Assembly: GCA_963843145.1 (NCBI GenBank)
Contig: CAWJJC010000010.1
Location: 192,001 to 256,000, forward strand
DNA: 64,000 nucleotides
Reading direction: 5' to 3'
DNA from: an uncultured delta proteobacterium
GTDB taxonomy: Bacteria > Desulfobacterota > RBG-13-43-22
The notes beneath the pieces are model-generated. The model was not told the DNA's origin. It saw only the letters and a program-made list of their open reading frames with translations, and searched no databases. Below, piece by piece: positions 53,733 through 63,222 of this stretch. The position numbers and the translations under genes are program-made. Position 1 is the first letter of the stretch. Every line of letters begins with the position of its first letter.

Positions 53733-54857
53733 ATGCGTTATATCGCACCTTATGTGCTGAAAGATCTTCAGTCCAAAATGGTCTTTGTCGGCGGTCCCCG
53801 CCAGGTGGGCAAGACCACCATGGCCAAGGAGGTTTTAAACGGGTTTCCCAGCGGACGATATTTCAACTGGGATTTTGACGACGACCGTCAGGATATTCTA
53901 AAAAAACGGTGGGCGGCGGAGAACACCCTGTTGATCTTCGACGAACTGCACAAGTTCCCCCGCTGGAAAAACTGGATCAAAGGCCTTTATGACGTATCCC
54001 ATTCAAAGCATTCTTTCCTGGTCACCGGGTCCGCCCGCCTCGACCTCTACCGGCGGGGAGGGGATTCCCTTTTAGGCCGTTATCACTATTGGCGCCTGCA
54101 TCCCTTCAGCCTCGATGAAATACCCAAGGGCCTGACCGCCCGAGAAACCTTCCAACGGTTGATGTCCGTAGGCGGTTTCCCGGAACCTTTTCTGGATAAC
54201 GATGAACGGGCGGCCCGCCGCTGGCGGCGCGAGCGCTTCGACCGGGTCCTGCGGGAGGATATCCGGGACCTGTCTCCCATCCGGAACATCCAGTTGCTGA
54301 GTCTTTTCCTCGACCTCCTCCGCCAGCGGGTGGGCGGCCTGGTCACCTTGTCCAACCTGGCGGCCGACATCCAGGTGTCACCCAAAACCGCCGCCTCCTG
54401 GTTGGAGGTGCTGGAACGGATGTACCTGGTGTTTGCCGTCCGACCCTTCACCCGGTCTTTGCCCCGGGCCGTCCTCAAACCCCCCAAGGTCTATTTTTTC
54501 GATACCGGCGACCCGCTGGTGGATGAAGGGGAGCGTTTTGAAAACCTGGTGGCGGCCTCCCTGCTGAAAAGACTGCAATTCCTGGAGGACCGAGACGGGT
54601 ACCGCTACGAATTGCGTTATATCCGGGATAAGGAAGGCCGGGAAGTGGATTTTGTTATCCTGAAGGATAATCGTATCGAGGAACTGATCGAAGTAAAATG
54701 GGCCGACGAAAACATTTCCAGGTCCCTCCTCTATTATGCGGAGAAGCTTCGTCCGCACAAAGCCACCCAGGTGGTAGCCCGTTTAAAAAGGCCCTACGAC
54801 CAGGGAAAAATTCAAGTTCGGGACCCTTTCTCTTATTTCCATTCCGATCTTTTTTAA
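53733..54857 (+). CDS. AAA_14 ATPase with DUF4143 C-terminal domain
   Basis: GPRQVGKTT; FDELHK; VTGSA; GGFPEP; KPPKVYFFDTG; EVDFV...IEVK. Confidence 0.9.
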   Translation: MRYIAPYVLKDLQSKMVFVGGPRQVGKTTMAKEVLNGFPSGRYFNWDFDDDRQDILKKRWAAENTLLIFDELHKFPRWKNWIKGLYDVSHSKHSFLVTGSARLDLYRRGGDSLLGRYHYWRLHPFSLDEIPKGLTARETFQRLMSVGGFPEPFLDNDERAARRWRRERFDRVLREDIRDLSPIRNIQLLSLFLDLLRQRVGGLVTLSNLAADIQVSPKTAASWLEVLERMYLVFAVRPFTRSLPRAVLKPPKVYFFDTGDPLVDEGERFENLVAASLLKRLQFLEDRDGYRYELRYIRDKEGREVDFVILKDNRIEELIEVKWADENISRSLLYYAEKLRPHKATQVVARLKRPYDQGKIQVRDPFSYFHSDLF

Positions 54858-55763
54858 GATCATCTGACTGCCCGGACCCAGCCGTTTCCAAAAAACCCCG
54901 AAGACCCCGGTAAGGATCAGGGTCGTCCCCAGGACGGTCGATAAGGTAATGCGCTCTCCCAGCACCAGCCAGCCCAAGAGGACGGCGATGACCGGATTGA
55001 TATAGGCGTAGGTCATGACCACGGAGAGAGGAAGGCTGCGCACGGCGGTGACGAAGGCGGTGAAGCTGATCAGCGATCCGAAAATCACCAGGTAGATCCA
55101 ACCGATCCAGGCCATCGGCGCCGGGTGCGGCCAGGGTTCACCGGAAAGCAGCATCAGGGCGATCAGGCCCAGGCTCCCGAAAAATTGCTGATAGGCGGAG
55201 GTTAAAATCGGTGCGGCCTTGGGCGGCCGGCGCTGCAGGAGAAGAGAGCCCCCTGACCAGGCCATGGCGGCCAGCAGGAGAGCCGCGGTGGAGGAGGCAT
55301 CGGCCCAAAGGCCCTGCTTCAGGACCGGCGTCACCAGGACGGCCAGACCCGAAAAACCGATCAATAGCGAAAGCACTAATAGAAAAGAGGGCGCCTTCCG
55401 CTCAAGGATGGATTCCACCATAACCGGCCACAGGGGGGTAGTGCCGACGACCAGCGCGGCATAACCGGAGTTGGCGTGGCGCTCGGCGTAGGTGACCAGC
55501 CCGTTTCCTCCGAGCCACAACAGGAGGCCGGAAACGATCAGAACCCGCAGTTCAGGGCCTGAAGGCCGAGACCAATGGCCGAAACTCTTGGCCAGGACAA
55601 AAAGGATCGCGGAAGCACACAGGGTTCGACTGGCGGCCATGGCGAAGGGAGGAAAGCCGCTTCCTTCATGGACGGTCAAACGGATGAAAAGATAGGTGCT
55701 GCCCCAGACCAGGTAGACCACGATCAGGTTCAGCATCCCCTTGGCTGAAATGGATAAGGGCAT
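54783..55763 (-). CDS. EamA/DMT family transporter (3' end uncertain)
   Basis: VYLVWGSTY; GGNG; YLVIFGSLI.F; TYAYINPVIAV.LG...LGE. Confidence 0.88.
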   Translation of the reverse strand: MPLSISAKGMLNLIVVYLVWGSTYLFIRLTVHEGSGFPPFAMAASRTLCASAILFVLAKSFGHWSRPSGPELRVLIVSGLLLWLGGNGLVTYAERHANSGYAALVVGTTPLWPVMVESILERKAPSFLLVLSLLIGFSGLAVLVTPVLKQGLWADASSTAALLLAAMAWSGGSLLLQRRPPKAAPILTSAYQQFFGSLGLIALMLLSGEPWPHPAPMAWIGWIYLVIFGSLISFTAFVTAVRSLPLSVVMTYAYINPVIAVLLGWLVLGERITLSTVLGTTLILTGVFGVFWKRLGPGSQMILKKIGMEIRERVPNLNFSLVVGPF

Positions 55764-55860
55764 GGTGCTCGGCCTCGGTTAAAATCGGGGTAGCCTACAC
55801 AAATGCGCTAAAATAGGTCAAGTCATATTATCTTTGTAAAATGGAAGAGGATATCCCGAA

Positions 55861-57039
55861 ATGCAAGGATATATTGATCGACATCTTTCCGGGGAGCTGA
55901 AAAAATCCCTGACCCACAACCCGGTAACGGCGCTTATCGGGCCGAGGCAGTGTGGAAAATCGACGCTGGCCCGACATATTTTGAAAGACCGCCCGGAGGC
56001 CCTGTTTCTGGATCTGGAGCTTCCTTCAGACCTGCGGAAACTGGCTGATCCCGAATTTTTCCTCAGGGAACATGCAGCCAACATGGTTTGCATCGATGAG
56101 GTCCAGCAAAGACCTGATCTTTTTCCCGTCCTCCGGGCCTTGGTGGACCTGGACCGGCGGCCGGGCCGGTTCCTGCTCCTCGGCTTTGCCTCGCGCGATC
56201 TGATCCGCCGAGGGGGCGAAACGTTGGCCGGACGTATTCGTTACCTGGAGTTGACCCCCTTTGCCTGGTCTGAGTTGCAACCCGAAGCGGAACGAAAAGG
56301 GTGGGATTTCAAAAGACATTGGTGGCGGGGCGGCTTTCCTCCGGCCTTTCTCTCCGAAGAAAAGGCCCAGAGCGCTGCCTGGCGGCGAGATTTGATCCAG
56401 GATTATCTGAGCCGGGATATCCCGTAATCCGAATTTGCCATCCCGGCCCCGACCATGAGACGTTTCTGGCAAATGCTGGCCCATTATCACGGCGGACTGC
56501 TGAATGCCTCTAAACTAGGCCAGGCCTTGGACGTGTCCAATAAAACCGTTCGAAAGTACCTGGATATTCTGAAAGAAACCTTTATGGTCCGGGTGCTGCC
56601 GCCCTCAGAAGTCAACTTGAAAAAACGCCTGGTGAAATCTCCCAAGGTTTATCTGCGCGACAGCGGATTGCTGCACACCCTCCTAGAAATTGAAACTGCC
56701 ACCGATCTTTACGGACACCCGGTCTTCGGCGCCTCCTGGGAAGGCTGGTGCCTGGAGCAGATTGTCACCGCCCTGCCCCTCTGGCAGCCCGCCTTCTACC
56801 GGTCCTCATCGGGCGAAGAAATCGACCTGATCCTGGACAAAGGGCGTCGGCGCCTGGCCTTTGAATTCAAGGCCTCCCTTTCCCCCCACCTAACCCGGGG
56901 CTTTCCCGGGACCCTCGAGGCGCTGCAACCGGAAAAGACCTGGGTCGTCTGCCCCATGAGCGAGGCCGGCTACAACTTACGCCCAGGCGTCCGGGTAATC
57001 GGCATCGAGGAATGTTTGAAGGATGTAAAAAAGGCATAA
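55861..57039 (+). pseudogene. AAA_14-DUF4143 ATPase interrupted by an in-frame TAA at 56425-56427
   Basis: ORFs 55861-56427 and 56455-57039 are in the same frame; GPRQCGKST, IDEVQ, RGGFP, KRLVKSPKVYLRDSG, EIDL...FEFK. Confidence 0.8.
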
Positions 57040-57140
57040 TTTGTTCCATGATTTGTTGACACCTTCAATAATTTTAGTAGGATAATACCGAGAAACCAGA
57101 ATGGAGATGGTATTTTCTTGTTTAGCCGGGTATATAAAAT

Positions 57141-57383
57141 ATGAGTCCTTCAATTTTTAGAGCAAAAGGGTACCGATTCTATTTTCTGTCAAACGAAGAA
57201 GAGCGCATCCATATTCACGTGATGAGCGAAAGCGGAGAAGCGAAATTCTGGTTGGAACCCATTATCTCCTTGGCTGTCCATCACAAGCTGACTCCGAAAA
57301 AACTTGGTGAAATCCAGGGTATTATTGAGGAACATAAGGATGAAATCGTCCAAGCATGGCGAAAACATTTTGGTAAGCGTTGA
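57141..57383 (+). CDS. DUF4160 domain protein (putative toxin)
   Basis: MSPSIFR..GYRFYF.SNEE.R.HIHV....GEAKFWLEP...W..HF. Confidence 0.85.
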   Translation: MSPSIFRAKGYRFYFLSNEEERIHIHVMSESGEAKFWLEPIISLAVHHKLTPKKLGEIQGIIEEHKDEIVQAWRKHFGKR

Positions 57384-57657
57384 GAACATTACACCTTTTG
57401 GCATTTGGCTTTTCGTCAAGGGAAGGGAGTACTTTCTCAGCTATAAGGATTATCCTTACTTCAAGGATCAAACCCTGAAATCGATACAGGCTGTTCAGTT
57501 GCTTCAGGGGTACCACTTATATTGGCCGGAACTGGATGTGGACTTGGAAATTGATAATCTCGAAAACCCGGAAAAATATCCCTTGAAATGGAAAGCCGCC
57601 AAAACTAAACGTATGAGACAATCCGACGAAACGGGCAAAAAGATGGCCTCCCGCTGA
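57340..57657 (+). CDS. DUF2442 domain protein (putative antitoxin)
   Basis: VENITPFGIWL....EYFL.Y..YPYF...HLYWPELDVDL...PEKYPL; overlaps the DUF4160 gene. Confidence 0.85.
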   Translation: MKSSKHGENILVSVENITPFGIWLFVKGREYFLSYKDYPYFKDQTLKSIQAVQLLQGYHLYWPELDVDLEIDNLENPEKYPLKWKAAKTKRMRQSDETGKKMASR

Positions 57658-57764
57658 TTTGGTTGCTATGCGCTGGGGTGGATCATCCAGGGATTGTCCT
57701 TTTTCGATTTAAAACAACCGAATAGAATGATGTCCCGCTTCGCTTTATGAGAGTCCCCCTCCTT

Positions 57765-57851
57765 GTCATTGTGGGCGAAGCGAAGCAATCCCCCCATGGA
57801 GCTTATAAACTGTTCGTGAGATTGCTTCGTCGCTTCGTCCCCCGCAAAGAC
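57765..57851. repeat. REP-like palindrome (GTCATTG..CGAAGCAATC family)
   Basis: GTCATTGTGGGCGAAGCGAAGCAATC...GAGATTGCTTCGTCGCTTCG...CCCGCAAAGAC. Confidence 0.6.
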
Positions 57852-58615
57852 AGTCCGGAGGACTTTTTGTGAAACCTTCCTAATTGAGGTCGACCAAAAC
57901 CAATTCCTTTGATCAAAGGCTTACCCCGGCCGCCCCAAAAGCCGGGCTGAGCACAATCCAAACTGAGATAACTTATTCGGAAGGTTTTTGGCCCGGCTTC
58001 CGGCTGGGGCAAAATATCCTGTTCATCCTGTCAATCCTATCCTTGTCTTTTCACCTCACCCCTTACTCCTCACCCCTACTGCCCTTGGGTTGCCTGACCT
58101 AAGACCCTCAAACAACCCTCATAGGTATTTGTTTTCGCTGTCATCCCGAACCCGATTCGGGATCCAGGACCTTTAAACTACCCTGTCCTGGTCGCTTCCC
58201 GAGAAGAAGATATGTAGCACTGCCGCCCCCGGCTGCGCCTATTCAACTAAATTTACAGCAAAAACCCTTGACAACCCTATTTTTTCGAAATAAAGTCGAA
58301 CGAAATTTCCTTTCTTAGCTAACCCGGTCCTTCATTTATTTTGCCGCTTTGCCAGCGCAAATGGGAGTCGAGAATGCCAGCATTCGTTCCCAATTTGTCC
58401 TCCAGGGGGCTCTCCCCTTCTGACATTTACTCATTATACGAACGCAGGGCTTATCTAAATGGCCTTTATAATGACCACTTTCGGAAGGCTCAAGGGCCTT
58501 ATCGCCGGCATTTCAATCCTGAAAAAGAAAGGTTTAAGCCTTGGCCCAAACTAGACAAATTGAATGAAGTGAACAACGTTCCGCTTTATTAAAATAGGGC
58601 AAGAGAATCGAGACA

Positions 58616-60118
58616 ATGGCAAAAAAAACAAGATCTCCGGCATCGTTTTTCAGTTACGTTCAATTAAATGATAAGCATGATAGTGGAAGGCTCACGAAAT
58701 TGCGAGAACGGCTTGAAAAGGAAGTGGAAGTTCACACTGGCGAACCCTTTCCCATTTTTCAAGACCGAAACGATATAAGCTGGGGTCAGGCATGGAAGGA
58801 GCGAATTGAAGATGCCATTGATTCTTCTACCTTCCTGATTGTTATCGTTACCCCGAGTTACCTCAAAAGTCCGGCCTGCCGCAAGGAATTTGATCTGTTT
58901 CTTAAGCGTGAGAAGAAACTCAGAAGAAATGACCTTATTCTGCCTTTAATCTATATTGAAACCCCCGCTATTATAAAAAAAGAAGGGAAAGAAAAGAATC
59001 CTATCGCATGTGAAATCGCAAAACGTCAGTGGGCGGACTGGCGAGACCTAAGATTCGAACCGTGGACCAGTCCGGAGGTTGGCAAACGATTAGCTACGCT
59101 GGCGATGACGATCCGTGATGCAATATATAGTAGCAGTAACCTTTCAATTTATCCAAAAGGAAAAAGGAAAGGTGGGAAAAGACAAACAAGGATAGACATC
59201 TTTGAAAAGTCTCACAGGTTATTGTTGGAAGATAAACAAATAGCTCCAATATCTAAGTCACATGAAGATGAGATACCACTTAGACACACGGCATACGTAG
59301 AACCGACAACCCTGATTGTCGATTCGATTCCTTCAAGTGGCAATTTCAAAACAATCACTGAGGCAATTAACAAAGCCCAAGCTGGTTACCGTCTCATCAT
59401 CCGGCCAGGAATATACAGAGAGAGTGTTATCATTCAAAAACCACCTGAGATAATTGGGGATGGTAACATGGAAGTTATTGTTATTGAATCGAAAGGTAGA
59501 AATGCTCTCTTCTTTAATACCGGATTCGGAAGAGTAGCAAACCTTACGATACGTCTGAACGAAGGTGGCGATAGTTCCGCGGTAGATATAGCCCAGGGGA
59601 AATTTGAATTGGAAGGCTGTGATATATCGAGCCAGTCCTGGGGTTGTGTGGCGATTCATGGTGGTGCAGATCCACGCCTGAGACGGAACCAAATTCATGG
59701 CAGTGAGAGAAACGGTATAATCGTGTACGAGAATGGCAAGGGCACAATAGAAGACAACGATATATATGAAAATAGTTTTTCATGCGTTATGATTAAAGGA
59801 GATGGCGATCCAGTTTTACGACGGAATCGAATCCGGCTAGGTAAAGTAAGTGGTGTATTCGTGGCTATGGATGGGAAAGGGACACTGGAGGAAAACGAAA
59901 TTTACAGGAATGTTTTTTCAGGTGTTTCCATTGCAAAAGATGGAAACCCTATCCTGAGACGGAATAGGATTTCTCATAATGGTCGTTATGGAATATGGAT
60001 CGGGAAAGGGGCAGGTGGTATTTTCGAAAGCAACACTCTCACGAGTAATGATGTGAGCCCTTGGAGAATTGATGAGAAGAACCCGGATAGGATAGTCCGA
60101 AAAGATAATATTGAGTGA
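58616..60118 (+). CDS. TIR domain + right-handed beta-helix (NosD/CASH-like) protein
   Basis: FFSY...IFQDR..ISWGQ.W...I...I....FLIVIVTPSYLKSPACRKEF (TIR_2); TITEAI..A..G..L.IRPG.YRE and repeated P.LRRN.I...G.G..E.N.I..N beta-helix turns. Confidence 0.85.
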   Translation: MAKKTRSPASFFSYVQLNDKHDSGRLTKLRERLEKEVEVHTGEPFPIFQDRNDISWGQAWKERIEDAIDSSTFLIVIVTPSYLKSPACRKEFDLFLKREKKLRRNDLILPLIYIETPAIIKKEGKEKNPIACEIAKRQWADWRDLRFEPWTSPEVGKRLATLAMTIRDAIYSSSNLSIYPKGKRKGGKRQTRIDIFEKSHRLLLEDKQIAPISKSHEDEIPLRHTAYVEPTTLIVDSIPSSGNFKTITEAINKAQAGYRLIIRPGIYRESVIIQKPPEIIGDGNMEVIVIESKGRNALFFNTGFGRVANLTIRLNEGGDSSAVDIAQGKFELEGCDISSQSWGCVAIHGGADPRLRRNQIHGSERNGIIVYENGKGTIEDNDIYENSFSCVMIKGDGDPVLRRNRIRLGKVSGVFVAMDGKGTLEENEIYRNVFSGVSIAKDGNPILRRNRISHNGRYGIWIGKGAGGIFESNTLTSNDVSPWRIDEKNPDRIVRKDNIE

Positions 60119-60305
60119 GAAAGGGGACATCCTACGTAAAGCGGGACTTTGTCCACTACATTCAATAACTCCATTTGTGCCCTCCCCCCGGCCCTCTCCA
60201 ACTCACCTAGGGAATGGGTTGTGCCGGACTATAAATGGAACATGAATTGGCCATGAGCCGACCACGAACCGTATCCAATTGAGCCATCGTCGTTACCTAT
60301 GGCGC

Positions 60306-60610
60306 TCATCCTTCCAGCCATTTGGCGCTTTTGTAGAAGTAGCGGTCGGGCACAAGGGCCCGTACCGGGCCCCCGTGCTCCTTCGGAAGCTTCTCACCAA
60401 AAAAACTGTGGGCGAGGATAAACATTTTCCTTGCGTGCCTCTGTTATTGGGATGTTGGTGGTATATAACCGGCGGCGGCCTCGAAGATAACAAAATTTGC
60501 CTCTTTTCGCGGTTTCACCAGACGCATTAGGGTGCTCAGGCGGACCCCGGTCCAATGGGAATCCAAGAGCGTCCAGCCCGTAACGCAATGCACATCGCCG
60601 GTCAACCTGA
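60306..60610 (-). pseudogene. Fragment of a sulfite oxidase-like (YuiH-type) molybdopterin oxidoreductase
   Basis: Manual translation across two frameshifts: LTGDVHCVTGWTLLDSHWTGV...GYTTNIP...[24 protein letters not shown]. Confidence 0.75.
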
Positions 60611-61054
60611 TTAGGCGGCCTTTGGGGAATGGAGCACTTCCCAGCCAAGGCAGGCGAGTTTAATGTAGTAGGGTATCGGTTTGTGCCCTCCGTGATAGTA
60701 GAGGATCGTTCGGCGGGAAATGCCCAGTGCCTTGGCCGCGGCGCTTAAAGATAGTCCATTCCGCTCCAGCCACGCATTGAACTCGGTCACCGGATATGCG
60801 GCGCCGGTTTGCTCTTTGCCCAAACGATACAAAGAATCCGCATCGATACCGATCTCACCATCGGCCCACTCCACACCATGTCCCCATTCCTCCACGGCCA
60901 CCCCGGCAAAAAAGCTTGATTTTTTCAGCCGTTCATATCCGGGGGAATGGAGATAGTCGGACAGGTCGACCTTGGTCTGTTTACCGCTGCGCCAGACAAT
61001 GGTCAGAAGAGCCGGCGCTTCCGCCGTAACAGAATCTATTCGTTGTTGATTCAT
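60611..61054 (-). CDS. DUF2442 + HTH domain protein (putative antitoxin)
   Basis: VDLS...F..V.V..WG.GVEW...I.ADSL; FNAWLERNGLSLSAAAKALGISRR...Y..G.KPIP....LAC.GWE. Confidence 0.85.
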   Translation of the reverse strand: MNQQRIDSVTAEAPALLTIVWRSGKQTKVDLSDYLHSPGYERLKKSSFFAGVAVEEWGHGVEWADGEIGIDADSLYRLGKEQTGAAYPVTEFNAWLERNGLSLSAAAKALGISRRTILYYHGGHKPIPYYIKLACLGWEVLHSPKAA

Positions 61055-61060
61055 ACTAAT

Positions 61061-61291
61061 TCACCTCCCATTCAATTCGTGCCAGGCCGTCCACAGCCGC
61101 CCCTTGTTGGCCTCCGCCCATTGGCGAGCCTCGATCAGGATAGTGGCCGGCGTGCGTCCAATGATGACCTCGAGCGTTTCAATGGATATTGATGCCCTTC
61201 CCTCAGGCCACCGCAGATGAAAATGCGGTAGGCCATGCTCCTGACCAAATACCTCAATTTTCCAATTGCGGTTATAATGAATACGGGTCAT
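61061..61291 (-). CDS. DUF4160 domain protein (putative toxin)
   Basis: WKIEVF..EHG.PHFHL......ASISIETLEV..G...A..WA..N...L...W.ELN. Confidence 0.8.
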   Translation of the reverse strand: MTRIHYNRNWKIEVFGQEHGLPHFHLRWPEGRASISIETLEVIIGRTPATILIEARQWAEANKGRLWTAWHELNGR

Positions 61292-61526
61292 GAGGGAAGT
61301 ATAGGGAATAATATTCTCTATGTCAATAATAGGTTCTGTTTCCGGTTTCAGGGGGTCGATTGTAAAGGGGGATGTAGTCCATTTCATTCAAAAACCGTTT
61401 CTGGAAAGAGCAAAATAGGGGAAGAACGGTGCGGGCCTCGGACAGCCTCGGAGCTTGAATGGACCCAAGAACAAGAAGCCCAAGCGGATTCGAATTCGAA
61501 TAAGATGAGCGGGTAATTTGATGGCC

Positions 61527-61973
61527 CTATTTGGGAATGGCGGGCGTGTAGCTTTTTAAATCCTGAAAATATTTACGGAAAATTCCCCGGTCCCTGGTTA
61601 AAAGGGCATCGCACCGACTCAGGGCGAAGCCGCCTATATAAAAATCGGAAAGTACATGGCCTTTATGCGGCAATGGTTTCCGGCAATGGGGGCAGATAAC
61701 CTTGCCTTTCTTCTTTAGGTATTTCATCCAGCGTTGGGCGGCTACAGAAGCTGCCTCCTGATCCAGGCTTTCAACCCGGATGGAATGATCCTCCAGAAAT
61801 TGCGACGCTTCCTGGATGTTTCCCTGAAACTGGGGAAGGAGTTCGGCGAACACTATGGAAGGTATCACCAGAACTTCTCCTGCTGATAGGGCGGCATAAA
61901 AAACTTCCTGGTATTCCCGAAATTCGTCTTTCAATACATCGATCAGGATCGAGGTATCCACACAGACCCGCAT
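61527..61973 (-). CDS. PIN-domain toxin with CxxC insertion
   Basis: VCVDTSIL; IVFAEL; ICPHC; SDFYIG.FA...LLTRD. Confidence 0.85.
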   Translation of the reverse strand: MRVCVDTSILIDVLKDEFREYQEVFYAALSAGEVLVIPSIVFAELLPQFQGNIQEASQFLEDHSIRVESLDQEAASVAAQRWMKYLKKKGKVICPHCRKPLPHKGHVLSDFYIGGFALSRCDALLTRDRGIFRKYFQDLKSYTPAIPK

Positions 61974-62191
61974 CAAACGGCCCCTCGGATTTCTTCGATA
62001 TATTGATCGGTCGTTTGATGACCCCGATATTTTCCGCACCATTTCTTTTTGAGCCGTTCCAAAGGATCGGCCACCAGAACGAATTGATTTCCTTGACGAA
62101 CCAGATCGACTCTGGTTCCGGGAATGATTCCCAGGGATTTGCGAACCTGGGGCGGAATCGTAATTTGGTATTTTGCGGTTACTCTGGTCAT
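61973..62191 (-). CDS. AbrB/MazE/SpoVT-type antitoxin
   Basis: VTAKYQITIP..VRK.LGI.PG; coupled to the PIN gene. Confidence 0.9.
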   Translation of the reverse strand: MTRVTAKYQITIPPQVRKSLGIIPGTRVDLVRQGNQFVLVADPLERLKKKWCGKYRGHQTTDQYIEEIRGAV

Positions 62192-62311
62192 AGGCTTTTT
62201 TCTCCTGAGGTATACTGTTTATGTATATTAAGCATACTTATTTATTGCGGCGGTGTCAATCCAAAGTCTCCAAACTTCTCCCTAAGAACATCTTGTTGCC
62301 CTATGCGTCTA

Positions 62312-62743
62312 TCACGGCCCCCCTACCCAATGAACCTGAGGGAATGATTTCCTGGCCGAATTATAGAAGCGTCGGTCCCCGGTCCAGAGAAGACAATTAT
62401 GCCAGAGGGCCAAAGCCAGGTAGTGGGCGTCATAGGTCGCCGGCTGACCGAGTTGCAGGGACAGTTCCAGTGCCCGGCTGTGAAGGCCGCCCTCCTCCTG
62501 GATTTCAATTCCAAAGGCCATGATCACTTCCAGGGCTTCCTGCGCTTGAAGCAAATTCATTTCCTTGCGCCTGACCCGTTTGTACAGGGCGTTGGTAACC
62601 TCGGTTAACAGCGGGCAGGGGGCCAGCAGGCCGGTATCTTCCTTACCCCAGAGTTCAGCCAAGCGGAGGGCCTGTTCGGAATAGCTTTCCGGAACGGCCC
62701 ACATGACGGCCAGGCTGGCATCGATCACTAGGTACCTTTCCAT
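62312..62743 (-). CDS. vapC: VapC PIN-domain toxin
   Basis: LVIDAS.A..W; EVTNAL; ATYDAHYLALA; WTGD. Confidence 0.9.
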   Translation of the reverse strand: MERYLVIDASLAVMWAVPESYSEQALRLAELWGKEDTGLLAPCPLLTEVTNALYKRVRRKEMNLLQAQEALEVIMAFGIEIQEEGGLHSRALELSLQLGQPATYDAHYLALALWHNCLLWTGDRRFYNSARKSFPQVHWVGGP

Positions 62744-62752
62744 GAAGCTTCC

Positions 62753-63031
62753 CTACCTTCGGGCCTGGCGGATCAAATCGGCTGAATTGACCTGGAAAAC
62801 CTTCCCCCCGAAGGTCTTCCGCTGGAAGTTCCGGGCTCGATCCACGGCCTGGCTCAATCGGGAACCCAGGTCAGGGGCATTATTCCCCGTAGAAAGCTGA
62901 GCCTGAACGGCCTGAAGACAGAACTGAGAGAGGGTAAGATTCCGTTCGGCGGCCATCAATTTGATCCGCCTGCGGGTAACCTGATCCGGAAGATAGATGT
63001 TCAAACGTACCGGGGAATTTTCCTTTCGCAT
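62753..63031 (-). CDS. Ribbon-helix-helix-like antitoxin
   Basis: RLNIYLPD....RIKLMAAER..TLSQF; SADLIRQAR; upstream of vapC. Confidence 0.7.
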   Translation of the reverse strand: MRKENSPVRLNIYLPDQVTRRRIKLMAAERNLTLSQFCLQAVQAQLSTGNNAPDLGSRLSQAVDRARNFQRKTFGGKVFQVNSADLIRQARR

Positions 63032-63057
63032 GGTTCACCTCCTGGTAATTGATAATA

Positions 63058-63077
63058 GCACTAAAGCACTTTAGTGC
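63058..63077. promoter_or_regulatory. Perfect palindrome upstream of the RHH antitoxin (putative autoregulatory operator)
   Basis: GCACTAAAG-CA-CTTTAGTGC. Confidence 0.6.
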
Positions 63078-63222
63078 CAAAATATAAGTCCTCCGACTAA
63101 AGTTCCTTCGCCTAATACCGAAAACAAAATCAAGCCCGACTCGGACATGGCTATCATCCTCAACCCTTGAGGAGAATCCACGTTGGAAAAAAGCGCGGCA
63201 ACTTCACAGGGAGAATTGAAAC

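Noticed and set aside
58341-58592. ORF upstream of the TIR gene as a partner
   Set aside because: Weak start and no recognisable motif; cannot be supported from the sequence alone.
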